From positions 1 through 64,000 of the IMG/VR virus record IMGVR_UViG_3300035498_000371: a stretch of 64,000 nucleotides of DNA. One strand, given 5' to 3'. The notes beneath the pieces were generated by a model, which did no database searches, was not told the origin of the DNA, and saw only the letters and a program-made list of their open reading frames with translations. Positions 1 to 10,642 of this stretch are shown piece after piece (position 1 is the first letter of the stretch; each line of letters starts with the position of its first letter). The position numbers and the translations under genes are program-made. The stretch comes from a virus. Taxonomy: Duplodnaviria > Caudoviricetes.

Positions 1-1
1 A

Positions 2-835
2 CTCAAATCTAAGGGCAATTTAAATATAGCTGATAATGACCCGATTGATATTATAATCAAATTTAGACCTAATTTATCTGAGGATACATCTTATTTATAT
101 ACATTAACAGAAGACTTGGAAGACGAGGGTTATGAAGTTATATGCGTATTGCAAGATTATCTCAAAAGGATTAGATCGGTTGAAGGTAATTTCAATGGAG
201 ATCTTAGAATGCAATTAGGTGCAGTAATTAATGAGTTCAAAGTATTTGCTACACTTAAAGATATTCCAGTTATAACAGCATCTCAGTTAAATAGAACAGC
301 AACATCTTCTATCGATGAAGCAAGGATTAAGAATAAAGCAGATTTAGTTAGACTAATCGGAAGAAGTAATGTTGGTGAGTCAAACTTGATTCTTGAAAAT
401 AGTGACTGGATAGCATTGATAGCTCCAGAGTTTGATAGAACTGGAGTCAAATATCTTGGTATTCAAATGGTTAAGTCTAGATATTATATTCCTGGGGACT
501 TCCATGTTGCATATATGCCTTACGTTAATGGGACTATTAAATTCGTTGAAGATTTCTATTCACCAATTCCTGTACACAAGATTACATTGCGTGAAGAAAT
601 AGCTCTTAATACTGGAGTTAATTCAGCTCAAGGAGTTGCTACAGAGATCAAAGAGTTTACTCAATTCAACGAAGTTAAACTTCCTCAGGATAATAAGGCA
701 AATATGTTTGTTAACGCTAATGCATTCGCAGCGCTATGCATGTATAATACAATTGCTATGCAGGCAGAACAACGACAGATGTGTTCTATCCAAACACCAC
801 AAAAAAGAAATATGTGCAATATAATATCCAGATAG
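2..835 (+). CDS. dnaB: Replicative DnaB-like helicase, C-terminal part (5' end outside the window)
   Basis: Frame is open from base 2; LQDYL and DIPVITASQLNR motifs typical of SF4/DnaB helicases. Confidence 0.85.
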   Translation, partial: LKSKGNLNIADNDPIDIIIKFRPNLSEDTSYLYTLTEDLEDEGYEVICVLQDYLKRIRSVEGNFNGDLRMQLGAVINEFKVFATLKDIPVITASQLNRTATSSIDEARIKNKADLVRLIGRSNVGESNLILENSDWIALIAPEFDRTGVKYLGIQMVKSRYYIPGDFHVAYMPYVNGTIKFVEDFYSPIPVHKITLREEIALNTGVNSAQGVATEIKEFTQFNEVKLPQDNKANMFVNANAFAALCMYNTIAMQAEQRQMCSIQTPQKRNMCNIISR

Positions 836-861
836 CTATATGGCTATCTGGATTATTCTTG

Positions 862-1317
862 CTATATATTTTCTTTTGATTTTTTATTATAGACTTCCAT
901 TGCTGTTCTATTAGCGTTAATGATTCTGCTAGAAATCAATTTCATTGATTCTGCTGTAGGCATTAACAGTTTCTTTTTCGTAAACTGCTTAGTAGAATAC
1001 ATATCGTTGATAAGAAGAATAATGAAATATAGTTCTGTATTACCATAAATATCATAGCATAATAATTTTGGTCTATATTTATACTTAGTCAGTTGCTCAT
1101 CTGTTAGCTCTACCGTTACGCAATATTCATCATCTCTTAATTCATCTATGTAGTCTGAGACTACGTTGTATGAGGTCTGACATAAATCTCCATCATTAAG
1201 ATAATCATTAAACGAAGTATTAGCGTAGCACATCAGAGTATCAGATTTACAAGCAATATATTGATCTAAAGTGTACGTATTTTGTGGTTTCTGATATTCA
1301 TACGTTACTGACGACAT
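862..1317 (-). CDS. Baseplate wedge-like protein (T4 gp53/LysM-like)
   Basis: YRPKLLCYDIYGNTELYFIILLIN resembles the gp53-like RPD-hh-YG-W-h pattern. Confidence 0.55.
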   Translation of the reverse strand: MSSVTYEYQKPQNTYTLDQYIACKSDTLMCYANTSFNDYLNDGDLCQTSYNVVSDYIDELRDDEYCVTVELTDEQLTKYKYRPKLLCYDIYGNTELYFIILLINDMYSTKQFTKKKLLMPTAESMKLISSRIINANRTAMEVYNKKSKENI

Positions 1318-1320
1318 ATT

Positions 1321-1800
1321 TTACACCCCCATATCTGAATCACTGTGAGATATGCCATTGAGTGATTCTACTTTCTTTAGTCTTTTAACTACCTCTTTAA
1401 ACTTCTTCTCCAGCTCATAGTAGCTAAAGATGAAATCAGTGTATTGCTCAGTATCATATAAGCCTATAATCTTTGCATCGTTTATATTTGCTCCAACAAA
1501 TGTAGCAATAAACTTTGTTCCTGCAGGAATTTTCTTCTTATCACTAAAGAAGAATCTTAAATTCATAGGTATATCTACTTCAATATAGTTTTCTGAAGAC
1601 ATTGTTGTAGACCTCTTGGCTCCAGTACTTTTATTCTGTATATTTCTAGTAGAAGTAGATATTGTAGACACATTATCTTGTGTCATTACAACTGGTATTT
1701 TGAATTTGCCTTTAACTGGATTTTTTAAATCAACTTGTTCTTGTAGAATCGCTATCTCAGTTCTTAATTGATCTATATTGAGAGAATTATTACTTTCCAC
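1321..1800 (-). CDS. Hypothetical protein, possibly virion/baseplate-associated
   Basis: 159-aa ORF, GGAGG RBS, directly upstream of the gp53-like gene. Confidence 0.6.
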   Translation of the reverse strand: MESNNSLNIDQLRTEIAILQEQVDLKNPVKGKFKIPVVMTQDNVSTISTSTRNIQNKSTGAKRSTTMSSENYIEVDIPMNLRFFFSDKKKIPAGTKFIATFVGANINDAKIIGLYDTEQYTDFIFSYYELEKKFKEVVKRLKKVESLNGISHSDSDMGV

Positions 1801-1851
1801 TTTTAATGCACCTCCAACTTAACAATAATATTTTAATTTCTATTTTAGCCA

Positions 1852-1859
1852 TATATTAT
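1852..1859 (+). promoter_or_regulatory. Putative early promoter motif TATATTAT (representative copy)
   Basis: Recurs upstream of genes at 3641, 10579, 13062, 17380, 18532, 24829, 38893, 57122; resembles phiKZ/AR9 early motifs. Confidence 0.65.
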
Positions 1860-1908
1860 AAAAATGTCGAAAGGCTATAAAAATAATTAAATCTTAGGAG
1901 GTAATAAA

Positions 1909-2415
1909 ATGAAAACTATAGCAAAAAGCAAATCATTAGAATATAAGGTCGGTTTTAACGACTATTGTATGAGGGAGATGGGTTTTGATATAGATGAGCA
2001 CAATCATCTGTACGATATGGAAACCAATACTCTCCTCCAAATAAAAGAGAAATTTATCGCATATAACGACGAGGATGTTTATCCTTACTTACAGTATAAT
2101 GAAATAGACCTCAATCTTATTGAGAACTATAGATTATTTGAGACTCTGTTTCAGGTTTATATTACAAACTATGCAAGAAGCCATAACATGGACGTTAGGA
2201 GTTTCTCATTATCCAAAATGAAGGGCACTAAGAAAGGCAAGTTTACAGTATCTTATATGAATAATGGAGAGATTGTAAATATAGAATCAGATCCATATGA
2301 GAATGAATCAGTGCGTATATTCAATCTTATATGCAAACTTAATCATAGAACTCATTTATATGATTTTGAAGCATTCGACATATTTATAGAGAAGGATAAA
2401 GAAAGAAAAAGGTAG
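1909..2415 (+). CDS. Hypothetical protein
   Basis: AGGAGG RBS; TATATTAT motif at 1852. Confidence 0.75.
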   Translation: MKTIAKSKSLEYKVGFNDYCMREMGFDIDEHNHLYDMETNTLLQIKEKFIAYNDEDVYPYLQYNEIDLNLIENYRLFETLFQVYITNYARSHNMDVRSFSLSKMKGTKKGKFTVSYMNNGEIVNIESDPYENESVRIFNLICKLNHRTHLYDFEAFDIFIEKDKERKR

Positions 2416-2426
2416 GTGATTATGAA

Positions 2427-3635
2427 ATGATTACACCGAACCAAGAACAGCAGTATATAATAGATAGAGCTGTTGAATGGTATTTACACGATAATATTAA
2501 TCAGATATTTCAGTACGATGGTCCACCTGGAAGTGGTAAATCGTATGTATTATCTGAGATAATAAATAGGCTCGGACTTAATCCAACAACTGAAGTAGCA
2601 GCAATGAGTTTCATTGGTTCTGCTAGTTTGGTTATGCGTAATAAAGGATTATGGAGTGCTAAAACTGCGCACTCCTGGCTGTTTAATGTGGGGACGGTTA
2701 CATTAAAAGATAAGCATGGTAATGTGATAATGGATACTCTTTTGAATGTGCCGATTAAAAGACCGAAGTTTATCCCAGTAGATTATTTAGATCCAAGAAT
2801 AAAACTTATAGCCATAGATGAAGGTTATAGTATGCCATACTGGATGAGAAAAGAAGTTTTAAAATTTGGCATTAAAGTAATCGTATGTGGAGATCAATAT
2901 CAGCTCCCTCCAGTTAATGATGCTCCAGCATTCTTAGCAGGAGGACCAATCTTTCATCTTCATAAATGTATGAGACAGATGGATATGAAAGATATTACGT
3001 TCATTGCTAATAGGGTTAGGGCTGGATTACCGCTTAATAATGGCTATTATGGTAATTCTCTTGTGATTAATCAGAAAGACTTGTCAGATAATATGCTTGC
3101 ATGGGCTGATGCAATTATATGTAGCCGTAATAATACTAGAGATGATATCAATAATAGAGTAAGGGCAATATATGGCTACAATACAGCATTGCCAGCTCGT
3201 GGAGAGAAAGTTGTATGCAGAAATAACAACTGGTTTGAATCTGTTCCTATAGGAATGGGGATGGAGATTAATCTGGTTAATGGATTAATAGGGAGAGTTG
3301 CTAGCAATCCAGATATATCTACGTATGATGGTGAGATGTTCTCAATGAACTTCATACCAGACTTACAGCCAAACGTGATGTTTGCTAACTCTAGGTGCAA
3401 TTATCTGCATATGGTTTCTGATAATGCTACAAGGCAGGCTTTGCGTAAGAATAAGTACGCTAAAGGAAATATGTTTGAATATGCATACTGTCTTACTGGG
3501 TATGTGGCTCAAGGAAGCCAGTTTCATAATGTAATATATATAGAAGAAAACGTAAATGGTCCTATTCAGAATAGCATGAATCTTGTAGGAGCTACAAGGG
3601 CAGATAGGGCTCTAATATACGTTAAATCTTATTAA
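2427..3635 (+). CDS. SF1B (Dda/RecD-like) DNA helicase
   Basis: GPPGSGKS Walker A, IDEG Walker B, GDQYQLPPV, YAYCLT..AQGSQF, ATRA. Confidence 0.9.
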   Translation: MITPNQEQQYIIDRAVEWYLHDNINQIFQYDGPPGSGKSYVLSEIINRLGLNPTTEVAAMSFIGSASLVMRNKGLWSAKTAHSWLFNVGTVTLKDKHGNVIMDTLLNVPIKRPKFIPVDYLDPRIKLIAIDEGYSMPYWMRKEVLKFGIKVIVCGDQYQLPPVNDAPAFLAGGPIFHLHKCMRQMDMKDITFIANRVRAGLPLNNGYYGNSLVINQKDLSDNMLAWADAIICSRNNTRDDINNRVRAIYGYNTALPARGEKVVCRNNNWFESVPIGMGMEINLVNGLIGRVASNPDISTYDGEMFSMNFIPDLQPNVMFANSRCNYLHMVSDNATRQALRKNKYAKGNMFEYAYCLTGYVAQGSQFHNVIYIEENVNGPIQNSMNLVGATRADRALIYVKSY

Positions 3636-3680
3636 AATTATATATTATATTGATAATAAATAGAAAGGAGATTAATTTAT

Positions 3681-4124
3681 ATGGGAAAAGAAATGGTTAG
3701 AGTTGTAGATAATTCTCAACCAAGAATCTCTGCAGAAGAGAAACGTTATCTTGTTTGTATCGAAGAAGATAGTGGAGAAAAAGATTGGGGAATAATGATC
3801 GGTAGAACTGCAGCGTATGAGTATATCAAGGAGCGAATCGAGTATATTAATTTAGATGAATCATTCGTGCTTGTAGAGACTCTTAAATTAGCCGACAGGA
3901 AATCGATTTATTCATTTATGAAATATGCTCAAGACTTCTTCGAAGACAACTTTGATATAGATGATTATATAAAGGGAGATTTTGATGAGAATGATTTCTT
4001 AAGAAGCTCTGACGGAGCAGATCAAAACGAAATAATGCAACAAATTAATCAGGCAAGAAGTGATGGAAATATTTCGACACAAGAGTTCATTGATGGCGGA
4101 ATAAATTCAATTCCATTAGATTAA
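3681..4124 (+). CDS. Hypothetical protein (N-terminal KEMVRVV tag)
   Basis: AAGGAG RBS, TATATTAT at 3641. Confidence 0.75.
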   Translation: MGKEMVRVVDNSQPRISAEEKRYLVCIEEDSGEKDWGIMIGRTAAYEYIKERIEYINLDESFVLVETLKLADRKSIYSFMKYAQDFFEDNFDIDDYIKGDFDENDFLRSSDGADQNEIMQQINQARSDGNISTQEFIDGGINSIPLD

Positions 4125-4140
4125 AAGGAGGAATAGTAAA

Positions 4141-4608
4141 ATGGCAGGAAGAAAGAGTTATTTTGAAGAGAAGAGATCTCAGTATTCAGATCCTAACTTC
4201 TTCAACAAGTCTAATTCTATTGACGATATTAGCAATAACGTCAAGAGGATTATTAAGGATGTAAAATTCGGGATGATTGCAGATACAGACTATGTGTATT
4301 TCCAGAACCCTAATGTAATCAACACATGTATTCAGGTCTCTTATAAAAATTCTATAGAGGCTATGACTTGTGCAAATGCATTGCAGTATTACATCAATGC
4401 AGGTCTTAACAAGGGATATGCGCCAGTGGGATTCGATCAGATTAATGAACTTAATAATGCGACAAATGCATACAACACATTTAGTAGAAGAGCATTTACA
4501 TGGATGAATATCTATCAGATGTTTCTTGCGGTACAGAATGGGTATGATGCTAAGTCATGCCTGCATTATATTGAGTCTATCGATAAGGGTGCTATTTTGG
4601 ACCTGTAG
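4141..4608 (+). CDS. Hypothetical protein
   Basis: AGGAGG RBS, 155 aa. Confidence 0.75.
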   Translation: MAGRKSYFEEKRSQYSDPNFFNKSNSIDDISNNVKRIIKDVKFGMIADTDYVYFQNPNVINTCIQVSYKNSIEAMTCANALQYYINAGLNKGYAPVGFDQINELNNATNAYNTFSRRAFTWMNIYQMFLAVQNGYDAKSCLHYIESIDKGAILDL

Positions 4609-4685
4609 ACATAATAATAAATCATTGCAGCGGCTTGGATTCAATATTCAAGTCGTTGCAAAATTTCTGAAAGGAGTACTTTTTT

Positions 4686-5258
4686 ATGCAAAAAGAAGAG
4701 GTCATTACTTTAAGGAATACCTTAAAGACTGTAGAGAACTTTCCTTTAAGAGTATTTATCGATAATGGAAATACTATTGTTGATGAGTCTCTGAAGACTC
4801 AATTTACTAAATGGGATGATAATAACGGTATTCTTTATTCATTCCGTTTGATCGGTATGCAGGAAGATTCTGCTCCAAATAATCGTGAGCAGGCTATTTC
4901 TCTTATTGCTATCGATTATGATACTATTCAGGCTATGGAGATTTCTAGATTACCTGTAGATAAGATTGCAGCGTGTATTGATGGGCTTAATAAGTCTGGT
5001 GCTGGTATTGGTGATGAGTTTAAGAATCTTATTGTTTCTACTTTCACCAAATTACTTACAACTGACAGGTCTAGTTTATCACCATCTGATATGAATAGAA
5101 TCATATCTTCAAGTACATTACAAAGCGATGCTCTAGATGCTGTAAACGAGAAAGATGATTACTATGCAGGTAAGTTTACAGAATCACGTCAGGAGACATT
5201 AGCAGTAAACCGTTATAATACTTCTATTAATTCATCAACAGAAACTAAGAATAGTTAA
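4686..5258 (+). CDS. Hypothetical protein
   Basis: AAGGAG RBS, 190 aa. Confidence 0.75.
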   Translation: MQKEEVITLRNTLKTVENFPLRVFIDNGNTIVDESLKTQFTKWDDNNGILYSFRLIGMQEDSAPNNREQAISLIAIDYDTIQAMEISRLPVDKIAACIDGLNKSGAGIGDEFKNLIVSTFTKLLTTDRSSLSPSDMNRIISSSTLQSDALDAVNEKDDYYAGKFTESRQETLAVNRYNTSINSSTETKNS

Positions 5259-5401
5259 ATAGAAGTATAAAAATAATAACGAGTAAACAAAATTGTAATG
5301 ATATAATATAATATCGATTAAGAGCAGATGCATCTTGCATCTGTTCTAATTCGGTATGCAATCCATATCACAAAAAATCATTTTATAGGAGGTAACAAAT
5401 T

Positions 5402-6409
5402 ATGATTATGGATCTTAATTCTCAGTACGGTAATGGTTATTATGGGGCAGCTGCAGGTCAGCCAATGCCTGGGTATTACAACTATCAGCCGTACATGTAC
5501 CAGCAGGCCGCAGCTCCTCAGAACATGAACGCATTGACCAATGAGGAGATCAAGATCTTGAGAAGCAATAGGCCTACAAGCAAAATCAACCTTAACATCG
5601 ACCAGAACGAATATCTTCAGGCACTGTGTACTCATAAGGACACAGAGCATCATACTGATGTAGTTTATCAGATGAACGATGGATCAGGTAGAGTATTCTG
5701 CCCGATTTGTAATGAAGTATGGAATCCTGACAAGATGACCAAGGAAGAGATTACTGACCTGGTAGAGCAGTTCATTAGCCAGATTCAAAACATGAAGTGG
5801 GTTGGCGATATGCCAGTAGATGTGGTACGTGAGTACTGCGCTATTATTCCGCTTGTAAGAAAGTTCCCTGAGTTGTATGAGTATGCTGTAAACAACTTCA
5901 ACAAGTATGCTGGTGCTAATCAGTATTATAACGCTGGAGAGGCAGCTATCTATTCTCAGTACAATTCACTTATGAATGGCGGATTTAATATGAACTACGC
6001 TATGCCACAGGGACAGCCTGGATATTATGGACAGCAGCCGTTCATGAATCAGCCAATTGCTCCAATGGGACAACCGGCTAATCCAAGTGTAAATCCGATG
6101 CAGGCTAATGTAAATCAGCAGGCTGGATACTATGGACAGCCACAGCCAATGGGATATCCTGCACAGCAGCCTAACGGTTATTACGGAGCTCCTGCAATGG
6201 GAGGTTATCCGGCTCAGCCTCAGGGTCAGCCAATGGGATTTCCTGGACAGCCAGTAGCTCAGCAGCAGGTTACACAGCCGATGCCTTCAGCTCCTCAGGC
6301 TTATTCACCAGTTTTCAATCCTGCAGTTCAGCAGCAGGTTGCAGCTCCTGCACAGAATGCAGCAACAGGAGAGAAGACAGAAACCAAGGAAGAGAAGGTT
6401 AATCTGTAA
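5402..6409 (+). CDS. Putative Zn-binding protein with Q/P/G/Y-rich low-complexity termini
   Basis: CTH...CPIC core; repeated GYYGQ/PMGYPAQ segments. Confidence 0.8.
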   Translation: MIMDLNSQYGNGYYGAAAGQPMPGYYNYQPYMYQQAAAPQNMNALTNEEIKILRSNRPTSKINLNIDQNEYLQALCTHKDTEHHTDVVYQMNDGSGRVFCPICNEVWNPDKMTKEEITDLVEQFISQIQNMKWVGDMPVDVVREYCAIIPLVRKFPELYEYAVNNFNKYAGANQYYNAGEAAIYSQYNSLMNGGFNMNYAMPQGQPGYYGQQPFMNQPIAPMGQPANPSVNPMQANVNQQAGYYGQPQPMGYPAQQPNGYYGAPAMGGYPAQPQGQPMGFPGQPVAQQQVTQPMPSAPQAYSPVFNPAVQQQVAAPAQNAATGEKTETKEEKVNL

Positions 6410-6547
6410 TTACATTGAGAACAATTTAGACAATATAATGGGGCTACAGGATATTTGTCCTGTAGCCCTAATTGTGTCTTAAAAATACTTTTTTAGTTAT
6501 TGCTCTAACTATGTAATAATCTAAAAATAAGAAAGGAAAGTGTAATT

Positions 6548-8677
6548 ATGGCTGAAAAGATAAACGAGCAGGCTCAAATACAATATTTGACCGACGACGT
6601 AGATGCTGTAAGAAAATTGCCTGACGTATATATTGGCGCTCTTGGTAACGCTGGTTATAAGAATATGGTTAGGGAAATCATTCAAAACAGTTTTGACTCT
6701 AGGATGAAAGGTGAAGTTCTTGATCTTATTGTCAATATATCTTATGACATGAGGAACCATACTTGCATTGTTGAAGATAATGGTCAAGGAATAAGATTAG
6801 AGGATTTAGCAAAAGTGTTCTCTGTTCTACATTCCTCATCTAATTATGACAAAGTCGAAGGTTCAGGACAGTACTCTTCTGGAAAAAATGGAATGGGTGC
6901 TACTATAACTAATTACTTATCTAGATTCTTTGTTGTTGAATCTTATCGTATGGATGGGACAGCATTAAGAGTAAAATTCGAGGAAGGGAAATTAGTTAAA
7001 GAAGAACCTATCAAATGCCCTAAAGGAAAACATGGGCTTATAACATCATTTGCTCCCACTGATATGATGGGAGAAATAACAGTAACCGATCAAGAGATTT
7101 ATTATCTCACTTGGTTATTATGTAATCTTTGTGCTATAGGAACTGTCGTTAAGTTTAATTCTATCGATAATATGGGACAGAAGAAATCTTTAGTAATCAA
7201 AAATACTAAGGGTATTTATGAGTTCATAGATACCATATGCGAAAAGAAAGTATTCGAACCAATCTACTTTACAGAAGATAACGGTAGTATGAAACTTGAA
7301 GTACTTCTTACGTACGATATTAAAAATATGGATGATCCTAATATTATGAGTTTCGGTAATACTTGCCCAACAAACGGAGGAACTCATGTAGATGGATTTA
7401 TGGATGCTGTAGTTAAATTCTTCAGAGATTATATGAATAAGATTTATCTTGTTAATAATAAGAAACTTACAGTAACAGCGCAAGATATTCGTACTGGATT
7501 GCGTGCGGTCGTATCTTGCTTTCACATAAAGCCCCTGTTCACAGGGCAATCTAAGGAAATTTTCTCTAAGGAAGATATGAAACCATATGCTTATGGAGTT
7601 ACACTTAGAGGATTGGAAAGTTGGGCTCAGAGTAACCCTGCAGATTTGCAAAAGATTTCTAAATACTTAAAAGAAGTATGCGAAATCAGAATGAAATCTG
7701 AAGGTGAAAAAATTAAAATGTCTGATAAATATACAGCTTCTGTTGTATCAGGAATGCCAGCCAAGTATAAGAAACCTAACGGCAAAGGCCAGTTTGAAGT
7801 TATAATTGGCGAGGGTGATTCTGCTATATCGGGCATGGAGAATAATAGAGATAAATCATCTCAAGGATTATTCCCAATTCGTGGTAAGATTTTAAATGCG
7901 ATGACTACACCCGTAAAGAAATTCTTCGAGAATGAAGAGATATGCGGGATGTTTAAGATATTTGGATATAACGGATATTCTAAAACGTTTGATCCTGTAA
8001 AGTTTAGACCTTCTAAAGTTATTATAGCGACAGATGCTGATGCAGATGGAAAACATATTGAAAGTTTGCTGATGCTCATGTTTCTTAAATACTTACCTTT
8101 CGTTATTCTGGAGGGTAAATTGTATTGTGCTAATCCACCTTTGTATGGTATAAGTACTGGAAAGAATAAGATGAAGTTCTTTGCAGATAATATTGAGTAT
8201 ATCGAGTATGTACAAGATTTATTCTGTAAAGATAACAAAATCGAATCTGTTAAAGGGAAACCACTTACAAAGAAAGAGATTACTAATATTCTATATAAGA
8301 ATATCGATTATGTAAAGATAATTAATCATATCTGTAATACGTATTCGATAGATCCTTGGCTTCTTGAATATATTTTGTATAATCTTGATTTGATGAAAGA
8401 TTTCAAGAAATTCAAGAAAGCAATAGAAAAGCAATACAAGTTTACCACAGTTGTAATCGAAAATGGTATAATTATAGTTAGAGGTCTTGTAGGATCTAAG
8501 TATCAGACAGTGTTCTGCAATCAGATGCTGTTAAATGATGCTCGTCCGTTAATAGATCTTATCAATCGTTCTGATGACTATTATATCATCAATGGTAATA
8601 AGTCTAGTATATATGACTTGATGCTGCTATTTAATTCATTTGAACCTAAATCTCTAACGAGATATAAAGGATTGGGT
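6548..8677 (+). CDS. gyrB: Type IIA topoisomerase subunit B (GyrB/ParE-like), exon 1
   Basis: EIIQNSFD, EDNGQGI, SGKNGMG, EGDSA, PIRGKILN, TDADADG; ends at RYKGLG. Confidence 0.92.
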
Positions 8678-9097
8678 AAACGAACTTGCCCCATTACAAT
8701 TAATTTTGTGATGAAAATCTTTTGAATTGCTGGGAAGTGCTAAGAGCTCGGGTGCTCATTATTATACATGAGAATCGAAAGATAGAAACAAAGTACCGAG
8801 ATGATCTATGGTGAAATAAAAGCTTCATATAGTGGCAATATATGAAGTCCTAAGGATTGGAACAATGTGCAATCAGCAGCTAAGACTTTTAGTAATAAAG
8901 TAAAGTTCAACGACTATCCCCATATGGGACGTGAAATTCGTCTATAGGAGTACGGCCTAAGTAGGTAGGTGAGAACCCTTTAAATGGAAGTGGAAGAGTG
9001 CTTGCAAAAGCATAATGATATAGTCTCAACATTCGGAGAAAAACCGAAGAAGTTCATAAGAGAACTGCATAGATTAACGACCTATGTGAAGACATTG
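8678..9097 (+). ncRNA. Group I intron in gyrB (420 nt, no endonuclease ORF)
   Basis: Exon ends in U with a P1 partner gccc; core elements gaattgctgggaa, aatcagcagc, gttcaacgacta, gatatagtct; terminal G. Removal restores RYKGLG|EMPPKQL. Confidence 0.9.
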
Positions 9098-9274
9098 GAG
9101 ATGCCTCCTAAGCAGCTTGGAGTTTCTACAATAATTCCGGGTATGGGTAGGATATTAAAACAGTATACTATTGATGATGTAAAGAAACAGCTTGATTATA
9201 CTAAGTCTATACAGAACGATAAGTCAGCATTCCTTAAGAATGTGGGAACAATTCGTAAAGAAGATATTATTTAA
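9098..9274 (+). CDS. gyrB: Topoisomerase subunit B, exon 2
   Basis: EMPPKQL completes the conserved KGLGEM motif. Confidence 0.88.
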   Translation, partial: EMPPKQLGVSTIIPGMGRILKQYTIDDVKKQLDYTKSIQNDKSAFLKNVGTIRKEDII

Positions 9275-9285
9275 ACAAAAAGATG

Positions 9286-9310
9286 CACCGTAGGGATGAC
9301 CCCTACGGTG
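9286..9310. terminator. Hairpin between convergent genes, probably a bidirectional terminator
   Basis: caccgtaggg-atgac-ccctacggtg flanked by A and T tracts. Confidence 0.7.
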
Positions 9311-9332
9311 TTTACTTTTCAGATATTATTTT

Positions 9333-9752
9333 TTATATAGTATTCCCATACTCATCCTGTATTCCAGGAGTTGTAGCATCATAATCTGCTACGCCGATAT
9401 CATTATCCATATAACTGGTTAATGTTTCTGTAAGAATTTGTACTTTATCCTGTAAATCCTCTACAGCCATACTCAAAGATTTTACTTGTTCTTTCAATTC
9501 AGAAACTTCTTCTGATGATGAAGAATCATTTCCAGTATTATTAGAAGAATCACTGGAAGAATTATTACTGCTTGTATTTAAGCCTATAATATCCTTAGCA
9601 TTATGAGTGTGGTGCATCAAATCATAAAACTCCTCTATAGTAAGAGTCTTCTTCATATTACTATTGGGAGAATTATCATTTTCATCTATTACTATCTTAG
9701 GGTACTTACTAATGTAAGATGATGATGAAAGTATTAAATCGTTGTTAAGCAT
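9333..9752 (-). CDS. Hypothetical Ser/Asn-rich coiled-coil protein (start moved to 9752)
   Basis: AGGAGGT RBS precedes MLNNDL. Confidence 0.65.
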   Translation of the reverse strand: MLNNDLILSSSSYISKYPKIVIDENDNSPNSNMKKTLTIEEFYDLMHHTHNAKDIIGLNTSSNNSSSDSSNNTGNDSSSSEEVSELKEQVKSLSMAVEDLQDKVQILTETLTSYMDNDIGVADYDATTPGIQDEYGNTI

Positions 9753-9874
9753 TATTGTATACCTCCTTTTATTATTATTTGAATGTAAATAAATACCGTG
9801 ATCATTACATATAAGTATTGCAAAGAGAATTGTTGCTCTGCTAAAATACACTTAAAAATTGGAGGTATTGAATA

Positions 9875-10495
9875 ATGGACAAGAAAAAGAAAAATAATAA
9901 GAAGTCTCAGGCACAGTCTAATGCGTCTAAAAAGTATGTGTTAGCTACATTATCTATGCCTGAAGGAATTTCTGAGAAAGTCCATGTGGAGGTCATGGCA
10001 GTTGTTCAGTCGACACAGTTCGATAAGATCAGCATTCCGCTGAGCGCTTACAGAAAGTCGATTGGTACACAGGAGAGAGACGATGACGACAGAATCAGTA
10101 CAGTAGGTTACATAAAGGATTTTGATCTTGAGAAGAACCAGTTCCAGGTTGTTATCTTCAATGGATCTAAAGAAGCTGTTGATGCTTTCAAGAACCCTGT
10201 TATTATCCCTATTATTACAGTATACAATGATTCACTTGGAACAATCACAAAGCTTATCATCGATGATGTAGAGCCGGAACCTGAAGACGAAGTTGATACA
10301 ACATCTCCTCAGGAAGAAGTAACAGAAGAGGCGCAGGAAGAAGAGGTAGTAGCAGAGGAAACATCTGAGCCTGCTTCTAAAGATGATACTTACGAAGAGG
10401 CGGAACATCTTAAGTCAAACATCGAAGTTCCTGAGGCTGTGAAAGCTCAGGTTGCTAACAACGTGGTTACGAAGGCTACAGAAGATAACAGTTAA
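9875..10495 (+). CDS. Hypothetical protein with basic N-terminus and acidic C-terminus
   Basis: GGAGG RBS, 206 aa. Confidence 0.75.
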   Translation: MDKKKKNNKKSQAQSNASKKYVLATLSMPEGISEKVHVEVMAVVQSTQFDKISIPLSAYRKSIGTQERDDDDRISTVGYIKDFDLEKNQFQVVIFNGSKEAVDAFKNPVIIPIITVYNDSLGTITKLIIDDVEPEPEDEVDTTSPQEEVTEEAQEEEVVAEETSEPASKDDTYEEAEHLKSNIEVPEAVKAQVANNVVTKATEDNS

Positions 10496-10642
10496 CCTTC
10501 CTATAAATATCTTAAATAAAATGAATGCGGGGAGAAACATTTCTCCCCGTATAAGTTTTGCAAATTGATAATAGGTTATATATTATAATAAAGATTAGAA
10601 ATTTGCATACAACTAATTAAATCATATAGGAGGTTAATAAAA

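Noticed and set aside
8678-8725. GyrB C-terminus KRTCPITINFVMKIF from the ORF track
   Set aside because: Read-through into intron sequence
8984-9097. N-terminal part of the 96-aa ORF 8984-9274 as a separate gene
   Set aside because: It lies inside the group I intron; only 9098-9274 is gyrB exon 2
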